Shown: positions 24,904-40,099, counted from the first letter of the stretch. The stretch: 64,000 nt of DNA from Octopus bimaculoides (GCF_001194135.2 NC_068985.1:33388254-33452253); one strand, 5' to 3'. The notes: generated by a model from the sequence alone, not told the origin. Numbers and translations are program-made.

Positions 24904-26821
24904 TTAATGTAATTCTCAAGTAGAATCAGAATGAGACAAGAGAAACATGACTAGACCTTCAAATTACAGGTATAGTCCATTTGGTGGGCTTCTACACAGT
25001 TTCTGTCCATTCAACTTCATTCATATATCTTGGGTCAACTTGAGGCTATGGTAAAGTTACATTTTAGCATGGTCGTAATTTGAGTGGAAAATAACAATAC
25101 ATTCAACAACTTGAATACCTCTTGTTTCATATTTCTTATTTTCTGAGCAAACATGCAAACTATATATACCATTAATTTTCAAATTGTGGTTTTCAATTAT
25201 GTATGATTTAAAATAGATTTCTTACATTTGCACAGGCTAAAAATTTTGTTTTCACACCCAGTACTTGATTGGAACTTTATTTATTGACCATGAAATGATG
25301 AAAGATAAAGCTGACCTTAGCAGATTTGAACTCAAAACATAAAAAGCCATAAATACTGCAATGCATCTTATCCAATACCCTAACGACTCTTTCTGTAATA
25401 TAACAACCAGTAATAGATTTGAAGTTATTTAATCATTATGTCACTTTCATAGGAACATTTGGTTTTGGATCCAATGAATACAGAAATCAATATTCAAAAT
25501 GGTAATTTTTCAATTACATCTGTGTTCACCATTATTTTAGTTACCTCTATTTTTAACTGGACATGGATTACAACTTTGTGGTTGATGAACGGAAATGTTT
25601 TCTAGTTATTTACATCAATAGTTAGCCTAATTTGTCTGTGCTTTTATTCACATATATTATTAGATTAATATTCAAAATATGTGATGTTTAGCTACTGGTT
25701 TATTAACTGTGATTTAGGTTCCTTTTCTGACACTGATGTCTTCTCTTTACCATGCAATTTTCTTTCTTTCTCTTCCTTTATGGGTGACTTTAAATTGTAT
25801 TTCTTTTATTTGGTCCTGTCGTGTTAGTTTTTAGCGTATCATGTTCTCTTCCAAATTATGTCTCATATTCGTAATTGTAACTGTGTATTTACTAATGATT
25901 GACTATTACATATGTGTCAATATTAAGTTCATTCGTCTCTATATCTTACAAGTAAAGTTTATTTTTATATTATTGCAAGATGATTAGGTGAATAAAGCAT
26001 TGGCTTGCCAGCTCATGTTCATGAGTCCATGCTACATTGCAGGTATCAAGTATTTTTTGGTAAATGTTATTTGCAATAAACTAACATCATATCTAAGAGG
26101 AAATTTACTTCTTGTTTACTTAGTGCTACAAAACTGTAGTTAAACCCAAGGGAACACTAGGCTTAATGAAAGGATTAACTTTAATATTGGTTTTATTTAG
26201 ATTCAGCTTTCATTAATCATGTGTTAAATGATACATTCAGCTTCCATTAATCATGTTTTAATTGACATAAGGTAACAAAATATGGTAGCTGTTGAAAGTC
26301 TTGCTCATATGTGTGCACGCATGCACACATATGATCTTCCACACAGTTTTCATCTCTCAGTTTCAATCACAAAGCATTGGTTAGCCTGAAGCTGTAGTAG
26401 AAGACAACTGAACCTGAAACCACATGGTTGCAAAGGAAACTCTTTCACAGTACAGTCTTGTCTTTTGAGAGAAAGTTTTCTTATCATCCCAGAAGGAAGA
26501 AAGACAGCTAAGTTGACCCCAGCAGGATTTGAGAGCCAGAAAAAATGTTGCGAGCAATTCTGTTTGATGTTATGAAGACTGCCAATCCTCTTCCTTTCAC
26601 TCATCAATGTCTTTGAGAAAAGTTGAAATACCCAAACTTCTAATATTGTTTTAATCAGAAAATAATGTGTAACTTCATCTCATTAAATAAGAACAAACAC
26701 TATTTCTAATTTTTAGAATACTTTTTATTTTATTATTTCTCTATTGTGATGAATATATAGCAAGGCCGATGTTGTATATCTAGTGTGATTACTAAAACAA
26801 AAGGCATTTATGATTAGTCAG

Positions 26822-27250
26822 AGAAGGCAGTGACCTGGCAGAATCATTAGCATTACGGACAAAATGTATTTCTTATTTCTTTACTGCCCACAAGGGGCTA
26901 AACATAGAGGAGACAAACAAGGACAGACAAACCGATTAAGTCAATTACATCGACCCCCAGTGTGTAACTGGTACTTAATTTATCGACCCCCGAAAGGATG
27001 AAAGGTAAAGTCGACCTCGGCGGAATTTGAACTCAGAATGTAATGGCAGACGAAATACCACTAAGCAGTTCACCCGGCGTGCTAACGTTTCTTTGGACAC
27101 ATTACATTCTGAGTTCAAATTTCACCATGGTCTACTTTGTTTTTCATCCTTCTGACATAGATAAAATAAGTACTAATCGAGCACATGAGGCAATATAATT
27201 GGCTAGCCCCCTTCTCCAAACCTTCAGGCCTTGTGCCTATAGTGGAAAAA
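26822..27250. mobile_element. Young minus-strand Meta-like SINE (about 26875-27092) nested inside an older plus-strand copy
   Basis: Plus head gaaggcagtgacctggcagaatc at 26822, a CpG-rich minus copy, then the remaining plus body ending ggccttgtgcctatagtgg. Confidence 0.75.
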
Positions 27251-30166
27251 AAAAAGATTAGTTAACAAGAGGAGGGGGAGCAGCAGAAGCAGTGGCACTC
27301 ATCATCCTTGTAGCCCGGACACTGGCTAATGAGGTTGATGTTTAGTTTGAAATGTGGTGTAAAAGAGTGTAGAGAACATAACAGCTAGTTCTGGAACACA
27401 TTGGTTGAGGTAATGGAAAGTCACCCTGTTTAGTAAAGTACTATAACTGTGAGTTATTGGCTGGTTATGAACATGAGGCAGAGTGTAATTTAGGCAAGCA
27501 TCATTCCAACAGTTAAATATGGTTTTATTTATACTGCACTCTCTGAGTGGTTGGCATTAGGAAGGGCATCCAGCTGTAGAAACTCTGCCAAATCAGATTG
27601 GAGCCTGGTGTTGCCATCCGGTTTCACCAGTCCTCAGTCAAATCGTCCAACTCATGCTAGCATGGAAAGCAGACGTTAAACGATGATGATGATGATGATG
27701 ATGATGCACAAGTTGGTTATGAATTACAAAACTCTCCACTTAGTCAACAAGATGCATGAAACATAATGCCACATTCATGGTAGCTGGATATAAAGGCTAG
27801 ATTAAACATTATAACATATATGTACATCGCATTATTTCTGCCATCACATAGTGCATATCTGGATGAGCATGCAATTGTTAGAATGACTATGTAAGATGGA
27901 GTGTGTATATCAGACTGCACTTTGACACTTAAAACCATCTTTATTTATTGGCTTATTATGGAGGAGAACAATCTAGAAAGCTTTAGAGAAACTATCACAT
28001 TAAAACCAGTCACCAATTGATTGATAATTTGGCTCCACATATGAAAGAATCAAGCAATGTCATGACTTGAAGTTCATAATGTGGCGACTCAGGTTCGAAT
28101 CTTGCTTCAGTACAAAACAATTTTATCTGAAATTAATTAACATAGAAAAACTTGGTATGATCTCATATGCAATTGTTTGATAAGCAAGAAGCAAGCGAAG
28201 TATGGATGCATGGAAAATACAAGTTGTTTGTATCCCTCTTCATGTATGAAATAGTAAACTGTTGAGCCAAGATCAGAAGTACATTCACTGCAGTGTTTCA
28301 GGTTCAATTAATTCTCATACATTGCTTTACATATTTATTCTTAAAGCCCAAACAAAATAACTCCAGGCAAACTATTCATTGAAATGCCTGTGTGCAGATA
28401 ACCGGTCACTCAATGAAGAATTAATCTAGGTGCTACAAAAGAGTTGAAACCTGAAAAAATTAGTACATTTCTAAGATAATCGTTTAGTCTTAGAGCAATC
28501 TTAACTGCGCAAATTTAGGATCAGAAACATTCTAGCTTGGTTATCGAGTCTTTTCATTTTCTGGACTGCAATATTCAATGTTTTCTTCCTTTTTTGGAGA
28601 TGGTAATATGTTATCTGAGGGAGATTCAGCTGTTATTTCCGACCATACAGAGACCCTCGCATCAAATCTAAGGTATTAGCTTATGGGAGAAGACTCAACA
28701 GCCAACACCATAAGAAATAGTTGAGTTCAATATATAAGAAGAGTTAAATGTCTCGTTATCACTGCGTTAAATAAGTTTACATTGTTGCTGAGTAATCTCA
28801 AGTAAACTGTTAGCAACTTCCCTTCTAAATATTTTATATGATTGCTGCAACTGAGAATGACTAACTAAAGTTAGAAGACTATCCACTAACCATCTAGTAG
28901 ACCAGATACAGTAGATCATTTTATTATGTATGTTTGAGCCCAGTTTACAATGTAGTAACTATGAAAATAAATGGAATGCAGACATTTAGAGAAATACTTT
29001 TTCACAAGAATTAACAGATGAAAGTCAGAAACCAGTAAAAAAGTAAAAGAATAATAGATTTTAGCTACGTGCATATTAAGTAATTTACAAGAAGCTTGTT
29101 TGATATAACAGCAAAATATAGAAGAAAGTAGAGCTTGAAAAACAAGCTGTAACAAGACATGATTAACATAAGAAAGAATAATTTGTTGAATATGCTATAG
29201 GAACTTGAGAAAAAGAAGAAATGTAAGTTAATTGAGAAAATGTCTTGAATATTAGAAACATTAAACAACATATATGTAAAGATGATAAATAGTGTGTACA
29301 TATAATGACTGATAAAAAAACTGCAAGTTACTATTAAAGTATCATCACAGCAGTTGAACCATAAGATAGACTTGGATTGAAACAGTTGCATCAGATCAGA
29401 GAGAGCTATATCTAACATAAGAAATATATTGTGCAGACTAAGTGTAATCACATCTGTCAAAAAAAAACTACATATAAAGTCAGTTATTAATGTTGTTGTT
29501 ATGTTTTATTTCTCAGAGAAATTGTGAGAGCAGATAGCAACCTGTTGTCAAAAGTCTCACAAGGTCTCTGTCCATGATACTTAACACCGAAGCACCAATC
29601 TCAAAATCCTCACTGTTCCCAACAGAGCAGTATTTTTTAACATGTTCTACCCTTATGTAGCCTTTTGAGCATGTTCTACTTTCATGTCATTTTTGAGCAT
29701 GTTCTACCCTCGTACCTATGACAGCTATATTGATTGCCTTAGACCATTTTGTTGTGGCAACCATAGAATGATGACTGGGCATATGCTGCTCACTCAAATG
29801 GCACTTACTGAGCAAGAGTCCATCACCTGAAGTTCCATCTTCATTTATGCCATTGTTTGTATTAATTATTTTATCCATTACTCTCATGCAGAGGAAAGTG
29901 GTGATAAGGTGTCATTATTATTATTGAATGAGAGAGCAGTGCATGTCATCAAAGTGACGCTGGGGTACAAACATGTAAAGCCCAATATATTCATTATGAC
30001 TACTTGTCTGATAAGGGTACACCAGGGACATGCATCACAACCATATGTGCATGATACGGTAACCTCACATAAACAACACATGATCTTGCAGGTAGGACCC
30101 AGTTAAATTTTTTTCATGTCAAATAGTCCATCTTGCTTTAAAGGTCCCTGAATAAGTGTTGTTTAA

Positions 30167-30388
30167 TCCTTTAGCATTTATCTCACTCTATCAAATGTAA
30201 AGCTTATTTATTCATATTGTTTTGAATTAATCATGCATTATCTCATAGCTTTCAGGTTTTGATGATGTGACTGTATATTTTTAGAATGACGTTATAGGGT
30301 AGATGAGAGAGAGGCCAGATCTTGATGTTTTAAACATAAAACAGGCAGAATATTTAGGCTAGATATGGCCAATTTAAATGCTAATGGG
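30167..30388. mobile_element. piggyBac-like MITE, opposite orientation to 24714
   Basis: TTAA-tcctttagcattta...tttaaatgctaatggg-TTAA. Confidence 0.7.
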
Positions 30389-31369
30389 TTAATGTTGAGA
30401 AATTAAACACCCATGTTTCCAGGGGTGAGTTATCCAAACTCCAAATTCTCCGAGTTCAAATTCTGCCAGGGTCAACTTTGCCTTTCATCCTTTTGGAATC
30501 AATAAAATAAGTACCAGTTGTGTACTGGGGTCAATGTAATCAACTATCCCCCTCCCACAAAATTTCAGGCCTTGTACTTATTGTAGAAAGGGTTATTATT
30601 ATTGTTGTAGTTTTTGCTGTTATTATTATTGCTTTTGTTAGCAAATTGGTAGTCATTAGCACATAGGGCAGAATGTCTTGTAATATTTGATTTGGATCTC
30701 AGTGCTCTGAGTTCAAACCTTGCCAAAACCAACTTAGCCTTTGAGTTTTGGGGGTTTATAAATAAAGTAGGGTATGGATTGGCCGAATTATTAGAGCATT
30801 GAACTGGTTGGATATGTTGCACTTTGTTCATTCTGAGATCAAATTTCTGCTTCCTGTCACTGGAAAAAAAAATGGATCTTTTGAGATCTGATGAAAATGG
30901 TGAAGGGCTCAGGTAGTCTTTAATCAGGTATCCAAGTATTCCAGCTTATCACCTTTCATAACAGTTCATCAGCTGATAACAGAGAATGCATATTCTGAGC
31001 AATTACTTTCTCTATCCTCTTAGTCAGTAGCATGATAGACTAAATTGCTGAGATGTAGGAATGACAGATTAACTTACTAATGCTATTTAGTTACATTCCT
31101 TTGCATTCAGTTCCATGACAATATACAACCAAATACATCTTTGACAACAAATCACGCCATCAAGAAATTGGGCTGATCAGTAGGATCTAATGCCCTGTGA
31201 CTTCCACCTGTTCAGTCCAGTGATGGACATTCTTTGGGGACAATGATTTGAAGACACAGATGAGGTGAGGATGGGTGTGCAGAAGAGGGTATAACAGTAC
31301 ACAGTAGATTTTTTCGAAGAGGATTTGCAAGTTGGGTTCAATGATGGTGCAAAGGCATCACTTGAAAAG

Positions 31370-31950
31370 ACCCGACAAACCAAGTGAGACCATAGCCCAT
31401 GGCCTAAGCCAGTGGTGTATGACCAGCCCAATTATGAGTATCCTTCATTCATTGGACAATAAACTTTACTTGCAAAGACGTGTTGAGACAAGTGAAATCA
31501 AAATCGCTGACATGGCCGATGACAGTACCACCTGATTGGCACTCGTGCCAGTGGAACGTTAAAAGCACCATCCGAGTGTGATTGTTGCCAGGGTGGCTGA
31601 CTGGCTTCCGTGCTGGTGGCATGTGGAAGCCACCATTTGAGTGTGATCGTTGCCAGCGTTGCCTTACTGGCACATGTGCCAGTGGCATGCGAAAAACAAC
31701 ATTCGAGTGTGGTCGTTGCCAGTGCCACCGGACTGGTTCCCATGCAGGTGGCATATAAAAGACACCTTTTGAGTGTGGTTGTTGCCAGTACCGCCTGTCT
31801 GGCTCTCGTGCCGATGGCACGTAAAAGCACCCACTACACTGGAGCCTGGTGCAGCCTTCTGGCTCGCCACTCCTCAGTCAAACCGTCCAACCCATGCCAA
31901 CATGGAAAGCGGATGTTAAACGATGACAATGCTGCTGCTGATGATGATGA
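31370..31950 (+). mobile_element. Solo RTE 3' tail with tandem repeats
   Basis: Same repeat units and terminal ggatgttaaacgatga as 5085 and 63010. Confidence 0.85.
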
Positions 31951-32553
31951 TGAGAAAGTGAAAAGGCGACCTCATTTCTGAGGTTATTTTAGTAATTAAA
32001 AAGAGTTGTTGTGCCAAAAACATAGCTTATTTGGTAGCCTTTATATATATATATATGGTCAACGTTATTTTTAAAAATGTACCTTAATCCCCTGAGATTG
32101 CAGATATTATTTCTGAATCTCTTTGATTCTTTAGATGTGCTGGCCTCCTGATAATTAATCGATATTAATTAATATATGATTAATTACCATATTTTATAAT
32201 AATGTATATAGATAGATAGATAGATTATAAGCAGCTTTCTTTATTATAGTACAGATGTGACTAATTCAGATTAACATTAGTTTCATTATTCATACATCAT
32301 CACTCTCGTAATGCAACACTGTAATTTTGGTTCAAATTAAAAGCGTGAAACTATTTTCACTTTCTAACCTGGTTGTTGTAGAGCAGTGTTTTTCAAATAA
32401 CTATAGCTGGTTGTTGAGATAATGTAGAAAATATGTAAATGAAAATAAATTTTATTTGGTAGCTGAAAGATTACTGAATCTTTTGATACCCCATAGGTGA
32501 AAATCAGCAACTCACTTTTTGAATGCATAAGGAACATACACACATATGTGCGT

Positions 32554-32597
<44 letters not shown>

Positions 32598-33166
32598 TTT
32601 TTATATGTATAGACATATAGGAAACCACAAGTGAAGAAGACTCAAACCAAACTGCACAAGAACCTACAAAACAACTCATTCAAGCCACACCTTGACCACA
32701 AGACACCACCATGATCCTGGAAAAGTTTAGCTATGCTTTTCTTTGTCCTACATAGGTGAGAAAATATCTATTTAATCATATTGTATATGCATAACAATCC
32801 CACAGAGAGTTCTAAATTATAGTACATAATGAAGTATTTTTCTTTAATTGTTCATAATCATATTCATATATTAAACTGTATGGAACTTTGTGTATGTGTG
32901 CATGACACTGTGTCTGTCTATGTACTATGACAGGTGCTTGTCACACTTCAGGGCATTAAGTAAATTGAAGTTGCGACATAACTAAACCTGTTCATTTTTA
33001 AAATTACCACAAATCTAGCATTAACAATAGTCCCTAGGTGCCGAAGGTACAAATTTTGTTGATAGACATTCTCACTGTATAACTGTTGTCATATTTCTTT
33101 CTATCTGTTTATCAAACTATCTACATATCTTTCCATCAATTTATCACTCACTCTTCCAAATTACTT

Positions 33167-33200
33167 ACCTACCTACCTACCTACCTACCTACCTACCTAC

Positions 33201-33268
<68 letters not shown>
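33167..33268. repeat. Compound microsatellite (CTAC)n-(CTAT)n
   Basis: Read directly from the sequence. It is one of many TA, TG, TACA, AAT and ATC tracts in the window. Confidence 0.95.
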
Positions 33269-33269
<1 letters not shown>

Positions 33270-34259
33270 ACCTTGTCTCTGTTGTTCTCTCTCTTTCTCT
33301 GACACTATTACTCACTCCCAGTGTTACTACACCTCAGTCATTTTCTCTTTATTGCTGCTGTATTTCGTTTACTCCTTCTCTCACTCCCCGTTTTTATCTT
33401 TCGTAGATGTATGTGCACATCTCTGTGTATGAGTGCATGCAGATGTATACATACATACATACATACATACANNNNNNNNNNNNNNNNNNNNNNNNNNNNN
33501 NNNNNNNNNNNNNNNNNNNNNNNNNNNNNNNNNNNNNNNNNNNNNNNNNNNNNNNNNNNNNNNNNNNNNNNNNNNNNNNNNNNNNNNNNNNNNNNNNNNN
33601 NNNNNNNNNNNNNNNNNNNNNNNNNNNNNNNNNNNNNNNNNNNNNNNNNNNNNNNNNNNNNNNNNNNNNNNNNNNNNNNNNNNNNNNNNNNNNNNNNNNN
33701 NNNNNNNNNNNNNNNNNNNNNNNNNNNNNNNNNNNNNNNNNNNNNNNNNNNNNNNNNNNNNNNNNNNNNNNNNNNNNNNNNNNNNNNNNNNNNNNNNNNN
33801 NNNNNNNNNNNNNNNNNNNNNNNNNNNNNNNNNNNNNNNNNNNNNNNNNNNNNNNNNNNNNNNNNNNNNNNNNNNNNNNNNNNNNNNNNNNNNNNNNNNN
33901 NNNNNNNNNNNNNNNNNNNNNNNNNNNNNNNNNNNNNNNNNNNNNNNNNNNNNNNNNNNNNNNNNNNNNNNNNNNNNNNNNNNNNNNNNNNNNNNNNNNN
34001 NNNNNNNNNNNNNNNNNNNNNNNNNNNNNNNNNNNNNNNNNNNNNNNNNNNNNNNNNNNNNNNNNNNNNNNNNNNNNNNNNNNNNNNNNNNNNNNNNNNN
34101 NNNNNNNNNNNNNNNNNNNNNNNNNNNNNNNNNNNNNNNNNNNNNNNNNNNNNNNNNNNNNNNNNNNNNNNNNNNNNNNNNNNNNNNNNNNNNNNNNNNN
34201 NNNNNNNNNNNNNNNNNNNNNNNNNNNNNNNNNNNNNNNNNNNNNNNNNNNNNNNCATA

Positions 34260-35507
34260 CAGGGTGCGTAAGATATTTGAGGACAGATTTATGTTTATAA
34301 AAAAAAACAGATATATAATAACAGATAATAACTTTATTTATCAAAAAATGCTATGAGGATAAAAGAAAACCTTCTTTTCTATAATGTTATTCAATAAAGC
34401 CACCTTCAGCTTCAACAACTGCTTCTATATAAGATCTAAATCATCTACATACTGGAATCAAGTGGTCCTGGTTCATTTTGGACATTACTCTGACTATGGC
34501 AGCTTTTAAAGAATCTTTGGTGCTATGGGCATGTTCATCGACCTCTCTCTAAACAACACTCCACATGTAATAGTCCAATTCTGGGGAATTAGGAGGCCAA
34601 ATGTTAGAGGTTATGTGAACAGGAACATTTTCAACCATCCATTCCTGTGTTACTAGAGCCATGTGTGATAGTGCAGAGTCTTACTGAAACACATATGGCC
34701 TTCCATTGCATACACTATCTATCCAGGGCTTAACAATTATTTCCAGGACCTCAATGTAGGCAGCAGAGTTAACTCTAAGGCCTTGTGGAAAGACGTAAGG
34801 AGGCATCACATGTCCTTCATGGCTGACAACCCTTAAAACCATGACAGTTGCAGGAAATTTTGAATTTATAACACTTGGTACTTCAGAAAGGTCTGCACAT
34901 AACCATCTGTCATTTCTTCTGTTAACATTTTGATCTTAGTCGAAGTTTTTCTCGTTTGAGAAAAACCAAGTCAAATCTTCTTCTGCTGGATTTTTCAGTT
35001 TGTTTAAGAGCCTTTTAGATCTGATGTAGTGATTTTCTTTTGCTTTTTCTGACAAATTGACCTTTCTTCATCATATAAGGCTTATATCTGATGTCTTTTT
35101 GGACAACATTTCTGACTGTTCCTTTTGACACATGGAGATCTTTTGCAATTGACCTCATGGACTTTCTGGGATTGTAATCAATGGTTTATTGAACTTGCTG
35201 GATAAATACAGGTATTCTGATGATTTGAGAGTATTTAGAATGCTTTTTATACTTTGATACTGGTGATATGTTTCTGTCTTTAGTCTCTAGCTCCTTACAA
35301 ACTTTGTAGATGAAAGATCTGGCAACTTTTAAAAATTGAGATATTTCTAAATCACTATGCTCAGCCTTTATAACCACAATAACTTCATTTCTTGAGTAAG
35401 CTGAGGGTCTGCCATTATTATTTTCTGAAACTAAGATTATACAGAGTTAGCAAAAAATGCAGCAATGACCAAAAAAAGGTATGTCCTCAAATATCTTATG
35501 CACCCTG
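34260..35507 (-). mobile_element. Full-length (1248 bp) decayed maT/DD37D-like Tc1-mariner transposon
   Basis: 26-bp TIRs CAGGGTGC(G/A)TAAGATATTTGAGGACA. TA on the left, CA (mutated TA) on the right. IKAEHSDLEISQFLKVARSFIYKV; GRPYVFQ*DSA.SH...WPPNSPE---LDYYMW, giving 37 spacing if a 9-bp deletion is restored. Confidence 0.9.
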
Positions 35508-35539
35508 CATATGTGTGTGTGTGTATATATATATATATA

Positions 35540-35760
35540 CATATATATAATCAATCCAAACAAGAACCAGTAAGAAAAAACAACAATGCGAGGACGTGGA
35601 ACAAGTACTGTGTTATTGGACGCTCAGGAAAGGAAAGAAAAGAAAGAGGATTTCACATTTTGAGTGGAGCTCTTCATCAGAAATTTATAGAAGAAGTCCA
35701 AAGAAGGGAAGACGGAGAAAGAAAATCACCAATAATACACACGTGGTCACATATTGAAAT
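35540..35760 (-). mobile_element. PLE pseudo-LTR-like repeat carrying an inactivated hammerhead (35650-35684)
   Basis: Minus strand ATTT-CTGATGA-A-GAG ctcca CTC-AAAA-TG-T-G-AAAT. The GAAA and ACGT positions look CpG-decayed and position 17 is G. Confidence 0.6.
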
Positions 35761-35813
35761 GACCGGAAGGGAATGGGTGAAGAAAAAGTTCTTTCTAAGA
35801 CAGGAGATATACA

Positions 35814-35871
<58 letters not shown>

Positions 35872-37799
35872 TTAGGGACAAAATCCAAAATTACAGGTAA
35901 AAAACTCAATTAAAATCAATTTATAAAAAATTAAAATTAAATTGAGCCTTATACATAAAGTATATATAANNNNNNNNNNNNNNNNNNNNNNNNNNNNNNN
36001 NNNNNNNNNNNNNNNNNNNNNNNNNNNNNNNNNNNNNNNNNNNNNNNNNNNNNNNNNNNNNNNNNNNNNNNNNNNNNNNNNNNNNNNNNNNNNNNNNNNN
36101 NNNNNNNNNNNNNNNNNNNNNNNNNNNNNNNNNNNNNNNNNNNNNNNNNNNNNNNNNNNNNNNNNNNNNNNNNNNNNNNNNNNNNNNNNNNNNNNNNNNN
36201 NNNNNNNNNNNNNNNNNNNNNNNNNNNNNNNNNNNNNNNNNNNNNNNNNNNNNNNNNNNNNNNNNNNNNNNNNNNNNNNNNNNNNNNNNNNNNNNNNNNN
36301 NNNNNNNNNNNNNNNNNNNNNNNNNNNNNNNNNNNNNNNNNNNNNNNNNNNNNNNNNNNNNNNNNNNNNNNNNNNNNNNNNNNNNNNNNNNNNNNNNNNN
36401 NNNNNNNNNNNNNNNNNNNNNNNNNNNNNNNNNNNNNNNNNNNNNNNNNNNNNNNNNNNNNNNNNNNNNNNNNNNNNNNNNNNNNNNNNNNNNNNNNNNN
36501 NNNNNNNNNNNNNNNNNNNNNNNNNNNNNNNNNNNNNNNNNNNNNNNNNNNNNNNNNNNNNNNNNNNNNNNNNNNNNNNNNNNNNNNNNNNNNNNNNNNN
36601 NNNNNNNNNNNNNNNNNNNNNNNNNNNNNNNNNNNNNNNNNNNNNNNNNNNNNNNNNNNNNNNNNNNNNNNNNNNNNNNNNNNNNNNNNNNNNNNNNNNN
36701 NNNNNNNNNNNNNNNNNNNNNNNNNNNNNNNNNNNNNNNNNNNNNNNNNNNNNNNNNNNNNNNNNNNNNNNNNNNNTTAATGATATTATAAACTATAAAG
36801 ATTAATAATTAATCAAATAATATTAATCAAAAATAATCGAAAATATATCAACACTATTCCAATCGAAGTTCTAATATTATGTTGAAATGAAACTATAACT
36901 TCTAAATAATATTGTGTTAAATAAGTTATCTATTAAAATAATCTATAAAGAACCAAATGAATAGTATAAAAACAAGAATACATATTATTTTCAAATAGTA
37001 GAAAATCTTTAGCAAAGTGAAAACAGTACTTATCCAAATTTTTCCGTAATTCAAACTGAAAAACTAAGACGTTATCTAATAGCTATAGCGTTTATATATA
37101 TATATATATATATATATTCATATGTATATATAAATGAATATGTATATATAAATGAATATGTATGTATGTATGTGTGTGTGTGCCTGCATGTGTATGCATG
37201 TGTGTATACATACATGTATGTGTGTGTGTACTCACATGTTTGTTCGTGTGTGTGTGTGGGGGGGGGGCATGTGCATGCACACCCTGTACAGATACGCATG
37301 CTTGCATCAATATAGACATGCATGCAAAACCATATGGGCACATCCACACACTCACATATACAACTATACACTTGCACATACTGCCCCTTCAACAACATGA
37401 CCGATTTCCAGTCCACCACATGGTTGATTTCCTGTTCACCATGTGGTATTTTCCAAGTAACTGTTGTTACTAATATACCAACATCAAGCCACAACACTGC
37501 ATGACCTTCTTTGACCAATCGTATATATATATATATATNNNNNNNNNNNNNNNNNNNNNNNNNNNNNNNNNNNNNNNNNNNNNNNNNNNNNNNNNNNNNN
37601 NNNNNNNNNNNNNNNNNNNNNNNNNNNNNNNNNNNNNNNNNNNNNNNNNNNNNNNNNNNNNNNNNNNNNNNNNNNNNNNNNNNNNNNNNNNNNNNNNNNN
37701 NNNNNNNATACCTGTATATAGATATATATATATATACACACACACACCACACACAAAGAGGACATGTGAAGGATTAAAAGAAATGAAGCCAGCATGTTC

Positions 37800-38345
37800 C
37801 CTTGGATAATGTCAGAGTGTAAATGATTCAACAGAAAAATTGGGTATATGTGGTATCAGATGTAGTGTGCAAAAGAGAAAACTGTACTGGTATGGGCATG
37901 TGATGCATATGGATGGGGACAGCTACATACAGAAGAGCCAATCTCTAATTGTGAAAGGGGTAGAGTATTTTTTCTGGCATGCTAACAATTCTATTATGAT
38001 GAACAGGAGTTACTAACACTTATTTCCCATCCATCTCCTCAGCTTAGACAACTCTTAATTTCCACAAATAACAAACATGTCAAATTCAGATTTAATATCA
38101 GGACTTATAATAACTCAGTTTTAGCTTTCACAATACCAGATGTCACAAGCACTAAAGGATATAATCTCAATAGATTAGGGTTGTGGCTGAGTCTTGCATT
38201 GATAACCTTCACATTTAATTGTATCCACCAATCAGAAACTATAATTTATTGAACCATGCATTTATGATACAGTATATCAAAAGGATCCACTTCCTGAGTC
38301 TACCCCTGTGGAAGGGGTAGACCCAGGAAGATGTAAGATGAAAGA
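37800..38345 (+). mobile_element. RTE 3' ORF fragment interrupted by a 326-bp locally copied insert
   Basis: ...WYGHVMHMD...L(I)V / CGRGRPRK. The insert at 37965-38290 duplicates 42175-42518. Confidence 0.7.
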
Positions 38346-38820
38346 TGTGAATAACACTAAGTTGGTAACTATACAGTATTTCTTTTATTTATATAACAGG
38401 AGAATTTTAGGTTGGAGGAGTCAGTATGATTGTAGAAGAAAATGCCTACATGTATGACGTTGACAGCACCTATGTGTATGTAATGTATGCCATCATCATC
38501 ATTATCGTCATTATCATTATTTTAATATCTCCTTTTCAATACTTACATGGATCAAAAGGAGTTTATTGAGGCAGATTTTCTATGGCTGGATGCCTTCCCT
38601 ATTGCCAACCTTACATTTGTTTCTTGTTCAAGGTAATATTTCTCCATACCCAGACATGTTGTTGCAGAATATTGGAAATGGTTGACACTGACTGCTTGTA
38701 TGACAGTAATACTCATTTGCAATAATCATGTGACGCCAAAACAAGAAGACACAAACATAACACACACATGTGCATGCATTTATGCACACATGCATGCACG
38801 CATTTACACACACACACACA

Positions 38821-38858
<38 letters not shown>

Positions 38859-40099
38859 CACATACACATACACACAACAGGCCTCTTTCAGTTTCTGTCA
38901 ACCAAATTCACTCACAAGGCTTTGGTTAGTCTAGAGCTATAGTAGAAGGCACTTGCTCAAGGTACCATGCAGAGGGACAGAACCCAGGACTGTGTGGTTG
39001 GGAAGCAAACTTCTTGTTACACAGCCATGCCACTGCTTATGTATGTATATTATTGAAGTAATTGGATGGTTCAATGGTACAGAGTGACCAGTGGTTTCAT
39101 CACCAGTGGGATATCTTTGAACAGATAAGAATTAAGTGAGCTGCAGGTGTTATGTTGTATTCAGGGATGGCACTGTGTTTGGTTTGGAACGTTTTCCTAA
39201 TTGGAATGTAGGAATGTTGGTTTATTTATTTTGAGCTCACTTGGGTTTTGTTTGATGTCTTTGGGTTTTATATTAAATATGGAAATTTTCAGTGATTGTG
39301 TTGTTTGATTATGGGTGTGATTATGTTTGAACATATATAAACACACCTACAGTCCACACAATAAACATCCAAATCTTCCATTTTATATGCACAACTCCAA
39401 TAATTCAAACAAAACCAAGCAATCTAAAAATAAACAAACCAACACCCTAACCCCTCAATTAGAAAATCATCCAAAGATTGCACACGTGCATACACACTCA
39501 ACAGAATGAGTATGCAAGACTTGACAGCTCAGCACAAATCCCATAAAAGTCAGTAGTTCCCTTCATTTCAGTTCTTGCACATACTGGCTCTGATGAAGAA
39601 AAGAAAATCAACAGAAGCATTGTCCAAATCATAGCTTCCTTTCTGTATCCTCACTGTTATGACTCTTTCATTCACAGTTATAGGGAAAACACTTTTGATT
39701 CCTTACAAAATAACAAAAGAAGAAAACAACAGGAAAGGGATAGTTAACATGTTTTTTGGTCATACTTCTCTGCTATGGCTGTCATGGAGCTGCAATGTAT
39801 CACATAAATTTTGATTGTATTTTAGCACATAACTTCCGTACATGAGAGAAAAGCATGAAGCAGTCTGCCAAGTTTTTGTTCAGAAAAATTCTTCTTTTCA
39901 AATGTCATCACTGGAATACCTCATCCCCTGGCGAAGAAGGTTGGTCTACAAGAGTTCTATACTGGTACTGTGTAAAAGGTACTCATGCTGGTGTCACATA
40001 AAAGCACTCATGCTAGTGCTACATTAAAAGCACCCAACACACACAGTAAAGTGGTTGGCAGTAGGAAGAGCATCCTGCTATAGAAATCAAGCCAAAACA

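Noticed and set aside
39585-39630. Degenerate hammerhead-like remnants (also 53938-53975, about 2670-2700 minus, about 16700-16730 minus)
   Set aside because: Core or stems are too decayed to fold. They are plausible relics but cannot be supported individually.
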